Numbered from the stretch's first letter, positions 25,128 to 35,386 are shown. The stretch: DNA of 64,000 bases from Chitinophagaceae bacterium (GCA_028288595.1 JAQBNK010000033.1:26-64025); one strand, 5' to 3'. Notes: generated from the sequence alone by a model not told the origin. A program made the numbers and translations.

Positions 25128-25162
25128 AATGAGTGATGAGTAATGAGTGATGAGAAATGAGC
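25128..25162. repeat. five phased heptamers aatgagt gatgagt aatgagt gatgaga aatgagc, starting 5 nt after the stop
   Basis: Read directly. TGA trinucleotides at 25130, 25137, 25144, 25151 and 25158 fall in all three reading frames. Confidence 0.9.
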
Positions 25163-25215
25163 CCGGAAACACTTTGGTAATTCGACAATTGAATAAATTT
25201 TATAAACCCTGAGTT

Positions 25216-27642
25216 ATGTTTAAAAACTATATCCGCATAAGCGTAAGGAACCTGATGAAATACAAATTCATCTCGTTTATTAACTTGTTTGGTTTAACAG
25301 TCGGCTTCGCCTGCTGCCTGCTGATCCTTTCTTATATATTGAATGAAGTGAGTTTTGATAAGAATCAGCCGAATGCAAATAATGTATATCGTGTTACGCG
25401 AAGTTTTCATAACGACCAGGGAGTTGTGAGCCTGAAACTCAGTGCAGTAGCACCGCCGGTGGGTCCGTTACTCAAAAACGATTTCCCCGAAGTAAAATCG
25501 ATGACCCGTTTATTATCTAACGGAAACACTTCGTTTGTTTTTGGCGATAAAAAATTCTTTGAAACCAAAGTATTTTTTGCTGATGAAAATATAGGGAACG
25601 TGTTTGATGTGAAAATGAAATCAGGCAGTTTAAAACAAGCTTTGGAACAGCCGTTTCATATACTGATCACCGAAGAAGTCGCTAAAAAATATTTCGGCAA
25701 TGAAAACCCCGTCAATAAATTAGTAAGGCTCGACAACCAGTTAAACTGTACCGTGGCTGGTGTTTACCAAGCCTTCCCTTCTAATACGCATGTTCATCCT
25801 GAAATTCTGATCTCATTTAACACACTTAAAGATACTTCGGTTTATGGTGAAGAAGGATTGCGTACCAACTGGGGAAATAATTCATTCTATACTTATATCA
25901 CTTTACCTGCAAATTATGATGGCAAAAAGTTAGAGGCACAGCTTCCTGCTTTTATTGACAGGCACATGCACTTCCCCGGCGAGCCCGCTAATTTTAAAGG
26001 ATCGAAATTCACGCATTTATACCTGCAGAAATTTACAGACATCCATCTTAACTCACATCTGGATGATGAAATAGAAGCGAATGGCGATATCAAACGTGTT
26101 TACATTTTTTCAGTTATTGCTTTCTTTATTTTACTGATCGCTGGTATTAATTACATGAATCTTTCTACGGCCCGTTCTTCTTTAAGAGCAAAAGAAATTG
26201 GTATCCGCAAAACAATTGGTGCAAGGAAAAAAGAAATTATATGGCAGTTTCTTTCAGAATCAGTTTTTATTTCGCTCGTCGCTTTAGTACTGGCAATAGC
26301 CATTTCTGCACTCGCATTACCATGGCTGAATAAACTGACAGGTCAGGAATTATCATTATCCATTTTATTAAAATGGTACATACTTCTTCCATTGTTCGTA
26401 ACACCTTTTTTAGTAGGTGTTCTTTCCGGGTTATATCCTGCATTGTTCATGTCCTCTTTTCAACCGGTAAAAGTTTTGAAAGGAGTTTTTAGTACTGGTA
26501 AAAGCACTTTTTCTTTCAGGCAGGTTTTGGTTGTGTTCCAATTTGCTGTTTCTATCATATTGATCATTTGCACGGCTATTGTTTTTCGCCAGCTGAAATA
26601 TGTGCAGGAAAAATCGTTAGGGCTTAATAAAGATCATGTGATCACCATGAGCTATACCACCGCACTTGCTCCGCAGTACGATGCCTTCAGGAATGAACTA
26701 TTGAGAAATCCTGGTATTAAATCTATCTCACGTTCTTCCCGGATACCTTCCGGAAGATTACTGGATGCTTTGGGTGTTGCATTGCCCGCAGGCGATTCTA
26801 TGCAACCGCAGCAGCTGGATGTAAAATGGATGAGGATCGATGAGGATTTCATTCCTACATACGGAATTCAAATGGCAGCGGGCAGAAATTTCTCAAGAGA
26901 TTTTTCAACAGATACTTCTTCTTTCGTTTTGAATGAAGCTGCGGTAAAAATAATCGGTTGGAAATCTCCGCAAGCTGCACTGGGTAAAAAGGTTCAGTAT
27001 GGCGGCCGTCTCGGTACCGTTGCGGGAGTAGTAAAAGATTTTCATTTTGAATCGCTGCATGAGAAAATTGTTCCGATACTTTTCCAGTTACCTCCAAGAA
27101 GAGGTTATAATCGTTTGTCTGTTAAGCTTACTGGTCAGAACCTGCAGGCGACCTTGAAATATGTGGAACATGTATGGACCAAATTCTTGCCCGAAACACC
27201 TTATTCATTCACATTCCAGGATGAGAATTTTAATAAACTATATGAGGCAGAACAAAAGCAAGGCACATTGATCAGCAGCTTCGCCTGTATAGCGATCTTC
27301 ATTGCATGCCTCGGCTTATTCGGTCTCTCTGCATTTACCATTTCCCAAAGAGTAAAAGAGATCGGTATTCGCAAAGTACTGGGTGCTTCTATTAATAATA
27401 TCGTTCAGCTATTATCAAAAGATTTTTTAAAGCTGGTTGGAATTTCCGCCGTTATCGCGTTTCCGGTAGCATGGTACTCTATGCACCAGTGGTTGCAGGA
27501 CTTCGCATACCGAACCAATATCAGCTGGTGGATATTCGCCGTGAGTGCAGCAATTGCAGCATTAATTGCTTTAGTAACAATTGGTGTGCAGGCAGTGAAA
27601 GCGGCGATGGCAAACCCGGTGAATAGTTTGAGAACGGAATGA
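25216..27642 (+). CDS. duplicated MacB/FtsX-type ABC permease, paralogue 5
   Basis: 808 aa. MFKNYIRISVRNL; NLSTARSSLRAKEIGIRKTIGA; SQRVKEIGIRKVLGAS; C-terminus AMANPVNSLRTE*. Confidence 0.92.
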   Translation: MFKNYIRISVRNLMKYKFISFINLFGLTVGFACCLLILSYILNEVSFDKNQPNANNVYRVTRSFHNDQGVVSLKLSAVAPPVGPLLKNDFPEVKSMTRLLSNGNTSFVFGDKKFFETKVFFADENIGNVFDVKMKSGSLKQALEQPFHILITEEVAKKYFGNENPVNKLVRLDNQLNCTVAGVYQAFPSNTHVHPEILISFNTLKDTSVYGEEGLRTNWGNNSFYTYITLPANYDGKKLEAQLPAFIDRHMHFPGEPANFKGSKFTHLYLQKFTDIHLNSHLDDEIEANGDIKRVYIFSVIAFFILLIAGINYMNLSTARSSLRAKEIGIRKTIGARKKEIIWQFLSESVFISLVALVLAIAISALALPWLNKLTGQELSLSILLKWYILLPLFVTPFLVGVLSGLYPALFMSSFQPVKVLKGVFSTGKSTFSFRQVLVVFQFAVSIILIICTAIVFRQLKYVQEKSLGLNKDHVITMSYTTALAPQYDAFRNELLRNPGIKSISRSSRIPSGRLLDALGVALPAGDSMQPQQLDVKWMRIDEDFIPTYGIQMAAGRNFSRDFSTDTSSFVLNEAAVKIIGWKSPQAALGKKVQYGGRLGTVAGVVKDFHFESLHEKIVPILFQLPPRRGYNRLSVKLTGQNLQATLKYVEHVWTKFLPETPYSFTFQDENFNKLYEAEQKQGTLISSFACIAIFIACLGLFGLSAFTISQRVKEIGIRKVLGASINNIVQLLSKDFLKLVGISAVIAFPVAWYSMHQWLQDFAYRTNISWWIFAVSAAIAALIALVTIGVQAVKAAMANPVNSLRTE

Positions 27643-27708
27643 TGAGTAATGAGGGATGAGATGAGTAATGAATGAGTAGAAATTATAGTGCTTATATAAA
27701 TCAAAAGA

Positions 27709-30123
27709 ATGTTACTACATAATTTAAAGCAGGTGTTGCGTGGAATGCTGAGGTATAAAAGCTTTACGCTGATCAATTTACTGGGACTATCAGTAAGTAT
27801 CGCGGCCATAGTGATCATTTTTTTGATTGATGATTATGAAAACAGGTTCGATGACCTTCATTCTAACAGTAACCATGTTTTCAGGGTGGTAAGTAAAACA
27901 GACAGAGACGCTAAGGCAACGGACAGGGCCATTGTTCCTTATCCGCTTGCAAAATTATTAAGAACTGAGTCTGCAGGCATTAAGGCAACTGAAATTCATT
28001 TTGTAAAAGAGATGAACGTGAAGATTGGCGGCAATGCGCCGTTCATTGAAAAGAATGTGGTGTTTGCTGATTCACTTTTTTTTGATGTGCTTAACTATAG
28101 CAGGATCAAAGGATTTTGGCTGAGAGGAAGTGCTGCAGCATTGAAGGAGCCAAAGAAAGCCATTCTGACAGCATCTCTTGCTAAAAGATATTTTGGCAAC
28201 GAGGATCCGATAGGAAAAATAATCAGGGTGGATAATAAAGCTGATATCCAGGTAGCAGCGATCATCAAAGACATTCCGGTTACGACACATTTACCGGTGA
28301 GCATGTTTGTTTCCTTTTCTACGCTAACACCTGAATTTTTAGCTGGTATCAGTCCTGACCAATGGGGCGTTCACAGCAATGGTTTCTGTTATGTAAGATT
28401 ACCGGACCTCTCACAAATCAATGAAACCGAAAAAGCACTTTATAACGTAGTACAAAAAAGCGCTACGAACGACAGGGAGAAGAAGGAAAAAATGTTTTTA
28501 CAACCTTTGCAGCAAATTCACTTTGACCCGGTATATGAAAATGAAAATCCTTCTTACACGATCAGCAAAAAATATATTGACATGCTGCTCCTGCTGGGTG
28601 GATTTATCTTACTGATCGCCTGCGTTAATTATATTAACCTTTCCACCTCTCTCGCATTTTCCAAATCAAAAGAAGTAGGTATCAGGAAAACGATTGGCGC
28701 CTCTAAAGCACAATTATTTTCATTTTACCTGTACGAGACATTCGTTATTACTTTTATCGCAGCACTGATCGGTATTGTGATTGCATCGGCTATGATCAGC
28801 CCGATCAATCATATACTGGATAAATCAGTTTCCCTTACACAGTTATTGAATCCAAAATTTTTCATTGGTGGAATATTGCTCGTTGTGTTCATCAGCTTTA
28901 TATCAGGTGCTTATCCGGCAATTATACTGGCGGGCTTTAACCCGATAGATTCTTTAAAGAATCAATTAAGTATGCCCGGCAAATCTTCAACGCTGATCAG
29001 GAAAGGCCTTGTAGTATTTCAGTTCACCACTTCGATCGCATTAATTATTTGCACTATCATTATTTCTAAACAGGTGAATTATTTCAACAGCAAATCGCTC
29101 GGCTTTAATAAAGAGGCTGTTGTTGAAGTAGGATTACCGGTAAGTGACAGTGCGAAAATGGAAGCGTTCAAAAATTTATTACAAAATGAGCCTGGTATTC
29201 AAAAAATGTCTTTCTGCCTTGGCGCTCCCATCTCCGATAATGGATTTAGTACCAGTATGGAAGCTCCGCAACTTTCTTCTAAAACAGATTACAGTATCAG
29301 GATCATCCCATGCGATGCAGCTTACCTGGAGACTTATGGTATTCGCCTCGTAGCCGGCAGATGGTTCTTTGATTCGGAAGAAAAAAATATTAATAAAACC
29401 ATTGTCATCAATGAGACGGCGGTAAAAACATTGGGTTACAAAAAGAATTCAGATGCTATTGGAAAACGCTTTAAAATAGGTATCAATGATTACCAGCCTA
29501 CTATTGTTGGCGTTACAAAAGATTTTCATACAACTTCCCTGCACCAGGGTATAACACAGGTTGGACTGATGCCGTTCCGTTACTTCTATTATGCCGCAGG
29601 TATTAAGATCGCGCCGGCAAGTTTACGAACAACGCTTGCTAAAGTGGAAAACGCATGGAGAAAGGTTTATCCTAATGATGTGTATGGGATGAAGTTTATT
29701 GATGAAACACTTGCAGCAAGGTATGAGCAGGAAACAAAAGATTTCAATTTATTCAAAGCATTCTCAGGCATTTCAATTTTCATTTGCTGTATTGGTCTAT
29801 GGGGATTGATCGCTTTTGTGGTTAGCAGAAAAACAAAAGAGATTGGCATTCGCAAAGTGCTGGGTGCTACCGTTAATGAAATTATACTGCTGCTATCGAA
29901 AGATTTTATCCTGCTCGTATTAGTTGCATTGATCATTGCATCTCCTCTTGCCTGGTACTTTATGAATAAGTGGCTGAACAATTTCGCTTACAGAATTAAC
30001 ATAAGTGTATGGGTATTTGTTTTGGCCGGTGCATTTGCCATGGTGATCGCATTTATGACGATCAGTTTCCAGGCAATAAAAGCGGCACTTGCAAACCCGG
30101 TGAAAAGTTTGAGAACGGAGTAG
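27709..30123 (+). CDS. duplicated MacB/FtsX-type ABC permease, paralogue 6 (most divergent N-terminus)
   Basis: 804 aa. MLLHNLKQVLRGML; NLSTSLAFSKSKEVGIRKTIGA; SRKTKEIGIRKVLGAT; C-terminus ALANPVKSLRTE*. Confidence 0.9.
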   Translation: MLLHNLKQVLRGMLRYKSFTLINLLGLSVSIAAIVIIFLIDDYENRFDDLHSNSNHVFRVVSKTDRDAKATDRAIVPYPLAKLLRTESAGIKATEIHFVKEMNVKIGGNAPFIEKNVVFADSLFFDVLNYSRIKGFWLRGSAAALKEPKKAILTASLAKRYFGNEDPIGKIIRVDNKADIQVAAIIKDIPVTTHLPVSMFVSFSTLTPEFLAGISPDQWGVHSNGFCYVRLPDLSQINETEKALYNVVQKSATNDREKKEKMFLQPLQQIHFDPVYENENPSYTISKKYIDMLLLLGGFILLIACVNYINLSTSLAFSKSKEVGIRKTIGASKAQLFSFYLYETFVITFIAALIGIVIASAMISPINHILDKSVSLTQLLNPKFFIGGILLVVFISFISGAYPAIILAGFNPIDSLKNQLSMPGKSSTLIRKGLVVFQFTTSIALIICTIIISKQVNYFNSKSLGFNKEAVVEVGLPVSDSAKMEAFKNLLQNEPGIQKMSFCLGAPISDNGFSTSMEAPQLSSKTDYSIRIIPCDAAYLETYGIRLVAGRWFFDSEEKNINKTIVINETAVKTLGYKKNSDAIGKRFKIGINDYQPTIVGVTKDFHTTSLHQGITQVGLMPFRYFYYAAGIKIAPASLRTTLAKVENAWRKVYPNDVYGMKFIDETLAARYEQETKDFNLFKAFSGISIFICCIGLWGLIAFVVSRKTKEIGIRKVLGATVNEIILLLSKDFILLVLVALIIASPLAWYFMNKWLNNFAYRINISVWVFVLAGAFAMVIAFMTISFQAIKAALANPVKSLRTE

Positions 30124-30246
30124 TATCTGAACGGGGATTTGGGGGATTTAAAAGATTTGAAGGAAAAGGCAATTCAACAATTTGGTAATTCGACAATTTG
30201 ACAATGGCCTGGAGAAAATGCAAATACTAAACAAACTATGAATGAG

Positions 30247-30270
30247 GCATCGCCCTGAAAGGGCGAATGC
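30247..30270 (+). repeat. GC-rich hairpin inside a spacer-specific ~130-nt insertion
   Basis: gcatcgccct (30247-30256), loop gaa, agggcgaatgc (30260-30270). This is a 10-bp stem with one bulged A. A second small hairpin is gcgac/gtcgc at 30298-30316. Confidence 0.7.
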
Positions 30271-30370
30271 TGCAAAAAGATCGGGACGTAGAAAAGTGCG
30301 ACGCAACAGGTGTCGCTATGAAAAATCAAAAGCCGGGTCACAAAAAAATTTATCATCTAAAGCTTCTCTT

Positions 30371-32758
30371 ATGTTTAAAAACTATCTGAAAACAGCGTTG
30401 AGGAATTTATGGAGGAACAAAAGTTTTTCGATCATTAATATCGCCGGACTTAGCGTTGGACTTGCGTGTTGCATGCTGATATTTCTTTATAGCAAGGATG
30501 AGGTTAGTTATGACCGGTTTCATGAAAAGAAAGAAAATATATTTCGCATTACTTCAGTTCTGACCGGTGATGATGGCCATGTAACTAAAACGGGAAATAC
30601 AGGTATGGTACCGGGGCCGAAGTTTAAACAGTCCATCCCTGAAATTGAAGAGTTTGTAAGGGTGCAAAGCGCTTCCTTCGCTGTTAAACACGGAACAGAA
30701 GCATTTGAGCAGACCGCACTTTATGTTGATGAAAATTTCTTTTCTGTGTTTTCATTTCCGTTAATCGCCGGGAACCGAAAAACTGCGCTAAAGGACATTC
30801 ATTCAATTGTGCTTTCTGAAGACATTGCAGAAAAATATTTTGGCAAAAAAAATCCTGTGGGCCAGGTACTTGAATTAAACACAGGAGAAAAATTTGAACC
30901 CTTTACCGTGTCGGCAGTAACAAAAAGATCGCCGCAAAATTCTTCGATCAAGATCAAAATGCTTGTGCCCATCAAGTTCGAACAATTGAAGAACAATGAT
31001 GACCAGTGGATGAATTTTTTCCTCAACACTTTTGTTGTGCTTAGACCAGGTGCAAATGCTAAAGCAGTTGAGGCGAAATTTGCAAGTGTATTCAGGACCG
31101 ATGCGGCACAGCAGTTAAAAGAGATGGCTGATAAATTTGGGTTCAAAGAGAAGGCGCAATTCGGCCTGCAACCATTACTGGATATGCACATGAGCACCGA
31201 CTTTGCATCTGATAACGGGTTAACGGATGCGAGCAACCCGATGTATTCTTATATTCTTACAGGGATAGCTTTGTTTATTCTGCTAATAGCGTGTATTAAC
31301 TTCATCAACCTTACAGTAGCGCAATCTTTAAAGAGAGCAAAAGAAATCGGCATACGCAAAGTGGTGGGCGGACAAAGGAAACAACTGATCGCACAGTTCC
31401 TGGGGGAATCCTTTATTCTTAGCTTCTTCTCTTTCTTATTAGCTATTATTTTAGTACAACTGGCCCTTCCTTTTTTTAATACCCTTTCAAATAAGGCGCT
31501 TGCTTTTTCTTATTTATTCGACTTTAAACTGATTGCTGGTTATATTTTACTTTTTCTTTTTACCGGGCTGATGGCAGGCTTTTACCCGGCAATTATTTTA
31601 TCGAAGTTTAATCCTGTACAAACTTTATATGGTCGTTTCAGGCTGGGAGGAAAAAATTATCTCGCAAAAGGATTAGTGATATTTCAATTTACGCTTGCGA
31701 CTTTTCTTATTGTTTCTACAATGATCATTTATTCGCAGTTCAACTATCTCACCCACTTTGACCTGGGTTATAATGATAAAAATGTGGCGATCGTAGATGC
31801 CGGCTCTATAGACAGGCAAAAGCTGGACGTTTTCAGGAATGAACTTTTAAAAAATCCTTCTATACAAACTGTTTCATCTGACCAGGGCGGAAGGTGGGGA
31901 ACGGTTGCCCGTATTAACGGAGGAAAAGACATCCACTTTGATTTTAAACATGTGGATGAAAACTATCTGCCGCTCTTCCAGATACCAATATCAAAAGGAA
32001 GAAATTTTTCTAAAGATTTTACAAGTGATAGCGCTGATGCGGCTGTCATTAATGAAACGTTTGCAAAAGAAGCGGGCTGGAAAGATCCGCTGGGAAAGCA
32101 GGTCGACTTTTTCTATCGTAATAAAAAATACAGAGTAATTGGTGTCTTTAAAGACTACCACTACACGGCGCTTACTGAAAAGATCGGTCCGCAACTTTTT
32201 ACAATGAACCCAAGCTACCATTACGGTGATGTGTTCATTAAACTAAAACCCGGCGGCACGTCCAGCACATTGCGTTTTATTGAAAAGACGTTTAAAAAAA
32301 TGTTCCTTTTTCAACCTTATCATTATTCTTTTAAAGATGAAAAAAATGAGGAGCAATATGAGAAAGAAGCGAAGTGGAAACAGATCATCACTTTCGGGGC
32401 ACTGCTAACCATCTTCATTTCTTGCATCGGTTTATTCGGCCTAGCCACGCTGTCAGCAGAAAAACGTACAAAAGAAATTGGCATCAGGAAAGTGCTCGGC
32501 GCTTCTGTGGCACTTATAGTGAGAAAATTATCAGTGGATTTTTTAAAGCTGGTGATCATTGCTGCATTGATCGCGTCGCCTGCAGCATGGTTAGTAATGA
32601 ATAAATGGCTGGAAGATTATCCTTATCGTATCAGTATCACCTGGTGGATGTTTGGACTTTCTGCATTGGCGGTAATACTGGTGGCGCTGGTTACAATAGG
32701 CTACCAGTCGATAAGAGCGGCTGTAGCAAACCCTGTAAAGAGTTTGAGGACGGAGTAA
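30371..32758 (+). CDS. duplicated MacB/FtsX-type ABC permease, paralogue 7
   Basis: 795 aa from ATG 30371; the track start at 30242 adds an Arg-rich extension that reads through the hairpins. MFKNYLKTALRNLW; NLTVAQSLKRAKEIGIRKVVGG; EKRTKEIGIRKVLGAS; C-terminus AVANPVKSLRTE*. Confidence 0.92.
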   Translation: MFKNYLKTALRNLWRNKSFSIINIAGLSVGLACCMLIFLYSKDEVSYDRFHEKKENIFRITSVLTGDDGHVTKTGNTGMVPGPKFKQSIPEIEEFVRVQSASFAVKHGTEAFEQTALYVDENFFSVFSFPLIAGNRKTALKDIHSIVLSEDIAEKYFGKKNPVGQVLELNTGEKFEPFTVSAVTKRSPQNSSIKIKMLVPIKFEQLKNNDDQWMNFFLNTFVVLRPGANAKAVEAKFASVFRTDAAQQLKEMADKFGFKEKAQFGLQPLLDMHMSTDFASDNGLTDASNPMYSYILTGIALFILLIACINFINLTVAQSLKRAKEIGIRKVVGGQRKQLIAQFLGESFILSFFSFLLAIILVQLALPFFNTLSNKALAFSYLFDFKLIAGYILLFLFTGLMAGFYPAIILSKFNPVQTLYGRFRLGGKNYLAKGLVIFQFTLATFLIVSTMIIYSQFNYLTHFDLGYNDKNVAIVDAGSIDRQKLDVFRNELLKNPSIQTVSSDQGGRWGTVARINGGKDIHFDFKHVDENYLPLFQIPISKGRNFSKDFTSDSADAAVINETFAKEAGWKDPLGKQVDFFYRNKKYRVIGVFKDYHYTALTEKIGPQLFTMNPSYHYGDVFIKLKPGGTSSTLRFIEKTFKKMFLFQPYHYSFKDEKNEEQYEKEAKWKQIITFGALLTIFISCIGLFGLATLSAEKRTKEIGIRKVLGASVALIVRKLSVDFLKLVIIAALIASPAAWLVMNKWLEDYPYRISITWWMFGLSALAVILVALVTIGYQSIRAAVANPVKSLRTE

Positions 32759-32889
32759 GTTTCTGAACCTTGATTTGGGAGGATTTAAAGGATTAGGAGG
32801 AAAAGGCAATTTGACAATTCGATAATTAGACAATTAGAATACAATAAGTAACAATAGCTGGAGCAAAACGTAATACATAAAAGCTTTTT

Positions 32890-35316
32890 ATGTTTAAAAA
32901 CTACATCAAAACTGCACTGCGAAATCTTTGGAAGAACAAAGGCTTTTCGGCCATTAATATTTTTGGCCTTGCCATTGGTATTGCGACCTGTTTGCTTATC
33001 TCATTATATGTGATTGATGAACTGGGCTATGACCGCTATAATGAAAAAGCAGATCGTACTTACCGCATTAATGCCGATATTAAATTCGGCGAAATTCCCC
33101 AGATGCTTGCGGTATGTCCTGACCCTTTAGCAGCTACACTCATTCATGATTTTCCGGAAGTTGAAACCGCTGTGCGTTTTCGTGACTACGGTTCGTCGCT
33201 GGTAAAAAAGGGAAATGAAAACCTGAAAGAGAACCGCATCATTTATACAGACTCCACTGTCTTTAAAGTTTTTACTATTCCTTTTGTTGCCGGTGATCCG
33301 CGGACAGCATTAAAAGATCCGAATACCGTTGTGATCAGCGAATCAACTGCTAAAAAATATTTTGGCAGTAAAAATGCCATCGGGCAAACAATGCGTTTTG
33401 ATAACACCGACAACTATAAAGTAAGTGGTATAGTAAAAGACATGCCGGATAACTCGCATTTTAAATATGACTTCTTCGTATCACTTGCTGGAGTTGAAGA
33501 AGCAAAAAGAAATACCTGGGTCAGTTTTAATTTCAATACCTATGTTGTTTTAAGAAAAGATGCAAATGCTAAATCCTTTGAAAAGAAATTACCTGGTTTA
33601 CTGAGTCGTTATATATTTCCGCAGGCTAAACAATTGCTCAATATTACAGAGGAGGAATTCAGGAAATCAGGAAACTTTATAAAGCTTTCTATCATTCCTT
33701 TAACAGACATCCACCTTCATTCGGATCGTATTGCTGAACTCGGACCGACATCAGACATAAAAATTGTTTACATCTTTTCTTTCATAGCAGTTTTTATTCT
33801 CCTTATCGCTTGTGTTAATTTCATGAACCTGTCAACGGCCCGTTCTTCTTCAAGAGCAAAAGAAGTGGGTATAAGAAAAGTACTTGGCACACAGAAGAAA
33901 AATCTCATTACACAATTCCTTTCTGAGTCTGTACTGATGAGCTTACTGGGTTTTGTTATCGCCCTGGTCATTGCGTATTTAATACTCCCCTACTTTAATA
34001 ATGTGGCGGTGAAAACGATCAGTCTTTCGCCATCGGCACATCCTTTAATGCTTCCTGCAGTTATATTATTTGCCATTGTTACCGGCATGGTTGCAGGTAT
34101 CTACCCTGCTTTTTATCTCTCCTCCTTTAAACCGATCGCTGTTCTGAAAGGCACACTGGCAAACGGTTTCAAAAGAAGTTTTTTCAGAAATGCGCTGGTG
34201 GTTTTTCAGTTTTTTATTTCCATTACACTGATCATTTCAACGATTGTTATTTACAGCCAGCTTAAGTTCATTCAAAATAAAAAATTAGGATTCAATAAAG
34301 AGCAGGTATTGATCATAAGGGATGCCTATGTGCTCGATAAACAATCGGGGACCTTTAAAAAAGAAATTTTACAGAACTCAAATATTGTTTCCGGAACAAG
34401 GTCTGGTTACCTGCCGGTAAACCCTTCCAGTCGCGATGAAGAAGCTTTCTTCGCAGGTACCGTTGTTGATAACAGTAAGGCTGTGTCTTCGCAATATTGG
34501 GCAGTTGATGAAGATTATATCAAAACTTTCGGAATGCAGATCATTGCAGGAAGAGGTTTTATGCATGATATGCCCACAGACAGCAACAGCGTACTTATTA
34601 ATGAGACAGCAGCAAAACTTTTTGGATTTAAAAATGCCGTTGGCCAGAAAATCACTGTGGTGAAAGAGGTTAAAACAGGCCAGACACAAACACTCAATGT
34701 GCTCGGAGTAATAAAGGATTTTAATTTTTCTTCACTTCGCCAGAATATCGGTGCGCTTTGTATGCACCTGGGCAAGAGCACATCTGCGATGTCTTTCAGA
34801 ATAAAACCAGGCAATACACAGGCAACGATCGACGCTGTGAAAAAAACATGGAAAGCTTACGTTCCGGGGCAACCGGTTAATTATAGTTTCCTCAATGAAG
34901 ATTTCGACGAGATGTACAGAACGGAACAAAGGTCGGGTCAGATATTTATCGCTTTTGCGGTACTCGCCATTTTAATAGCATGCCTTGGATTATTTGGCCT
35001 TGTTACTTATGCTGCAGAACAGCGAATAAAAGAGATCGGTATAAGAAAAGTGCTGGGAGCATCTGTTGCAAATGTGGTTGGATTGCTGGCAAAAGATTTT
35101 ATAAAACTGGTAATGATCGCTTTTGTTATTGCAGCACCGGTTGCATGGTATTTCATGCACACGTGGTTGCAGGATTTCGCATACAGGATCAATATGAGCG
35201 TGTGGATATTCGCAGGTGCAGCGATACTTGCGCTGGTAATCGCATTTGTTACTGTGAGCTTCCAGGCAATAAAAGCAGCGATTGCGAACCCGGTGAAGAG
35301 TTTGAGGACGGAATGA
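32890..35316 (+). CDS. duplicated MacB/FtsX-type ABC permease, paralogue 8
   Basis: 808 aa. MFKNYIKTALRNLW; NLSTARSSSRAKEVGIRKVLGT; EQRIKEIGIRKVLGAS; C-terminus AIANPVKSLRTE*. Confidence 0.92.
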   Translation: MFKNYIKTALRNLWKNKGFSAINIFGLAIGIATCLLISLYVIDELGYDRYNEKADRTYRINADIKFGEIPQMLAVCPDPLAATLIHDFPEVETAVRFRDYGSSLVKKGNENLKENRIIYTDSTVFKVFTIPFVAGDPRTALKDPNTVVISESTAKKYFGSKNAIGQTMRFDNTDNYKVSGIVKDMPDNSHFKYDFFVSLAGVEEAKRNTWVSFNFNTYVVLRKDANAKSFEKKLPGLLSRYIFPQAKQLLNITEEEFRKSGNFIKLSIIPLTDIHLHSDRIAELGPTSDIKIVYIFSFIAVFILLIACVNFMNLSTARSSSRAKEVGIRKVLGTQKKNLITQFLSESVLMSLLGFVIALVIAYLILPYFNNVAVKTISLSPSAHPLMLPAVILFAIVTGMVAGIYPAFYLSSFKPIAVLKGTLANGFKRSFFRNALVVFQFFISITLIISTIVIYSQLKFIQNKKLGFNKEQVLIIRDAYVLDKQSGTFKKEILQNSNIVSGTRSGYLPVNPSSRDEEAFFAGTVVDNSKAVSSQYWAVDEDYIKTFGMQIIAGRGFMHDMPTDSNSVLINETAAKLFGFKNAVGQKITVVKEVKTGQTQTLNVLGVIKDFNFSSLRQNIGALCMHLGKSTSAMSFRIKPGNTQATIDAVKKTWKAYVPGQPVNYSFLNEDFDEMYRTEQRSGQIFIAFAVLAILIACLGLFGLVTYAAEQRIKEIGIRKVLGASVANVVGLLAKDFIKLVMIAFVIAAPVAWYFMHTWLQDFAYRINMSVWIFAGAAILALVIAFVTVSFQAIKAAIANPVKSLRTE

Positions 35317-35359
35317 TGAGAAATGAGGGATGAGATCGGGGAAATAAATAAACCAAAGG

Positions 35360-35386
35360 GTTGACAACTTTTAGCCAGTTGTCAAC
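35360..35386 (+). repeat. 10-bp stem hairpin in the spacer after paralogue 8
   Basis: gttgacaact (35360-35369), loop tttagcc, agttgtcaac (35377-35386). There is no T-tract. Confidence 0.8.

Noticed and set aside
25173-25201. Possible internal Bacteroidota-type promoter before permease 5 (TTTG at 25173-25176, TAAATTTT at 25194-25201).
   Set aside because: The -7 box misses the final G, and the 17-nt spacing is shorter than the roughly 19-21 nt I recall for this promoter class. The region is AT-rich, so chance matches are likely.
30242-30370. Arg-rich N-terminal extension of permease 7 (MRHRPERANAAKRSGRRKVRRNRC...). Similar extensions occur at 15199-15276, 38005-38043 and 46792-46836.
   Set aside because: The extensions run through spacer hairpins or word repeats. 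All 14 paralogues align from the M(I/F/L)(K/R/T)NY(F/L)K start, which is present as an internal Met in each case.
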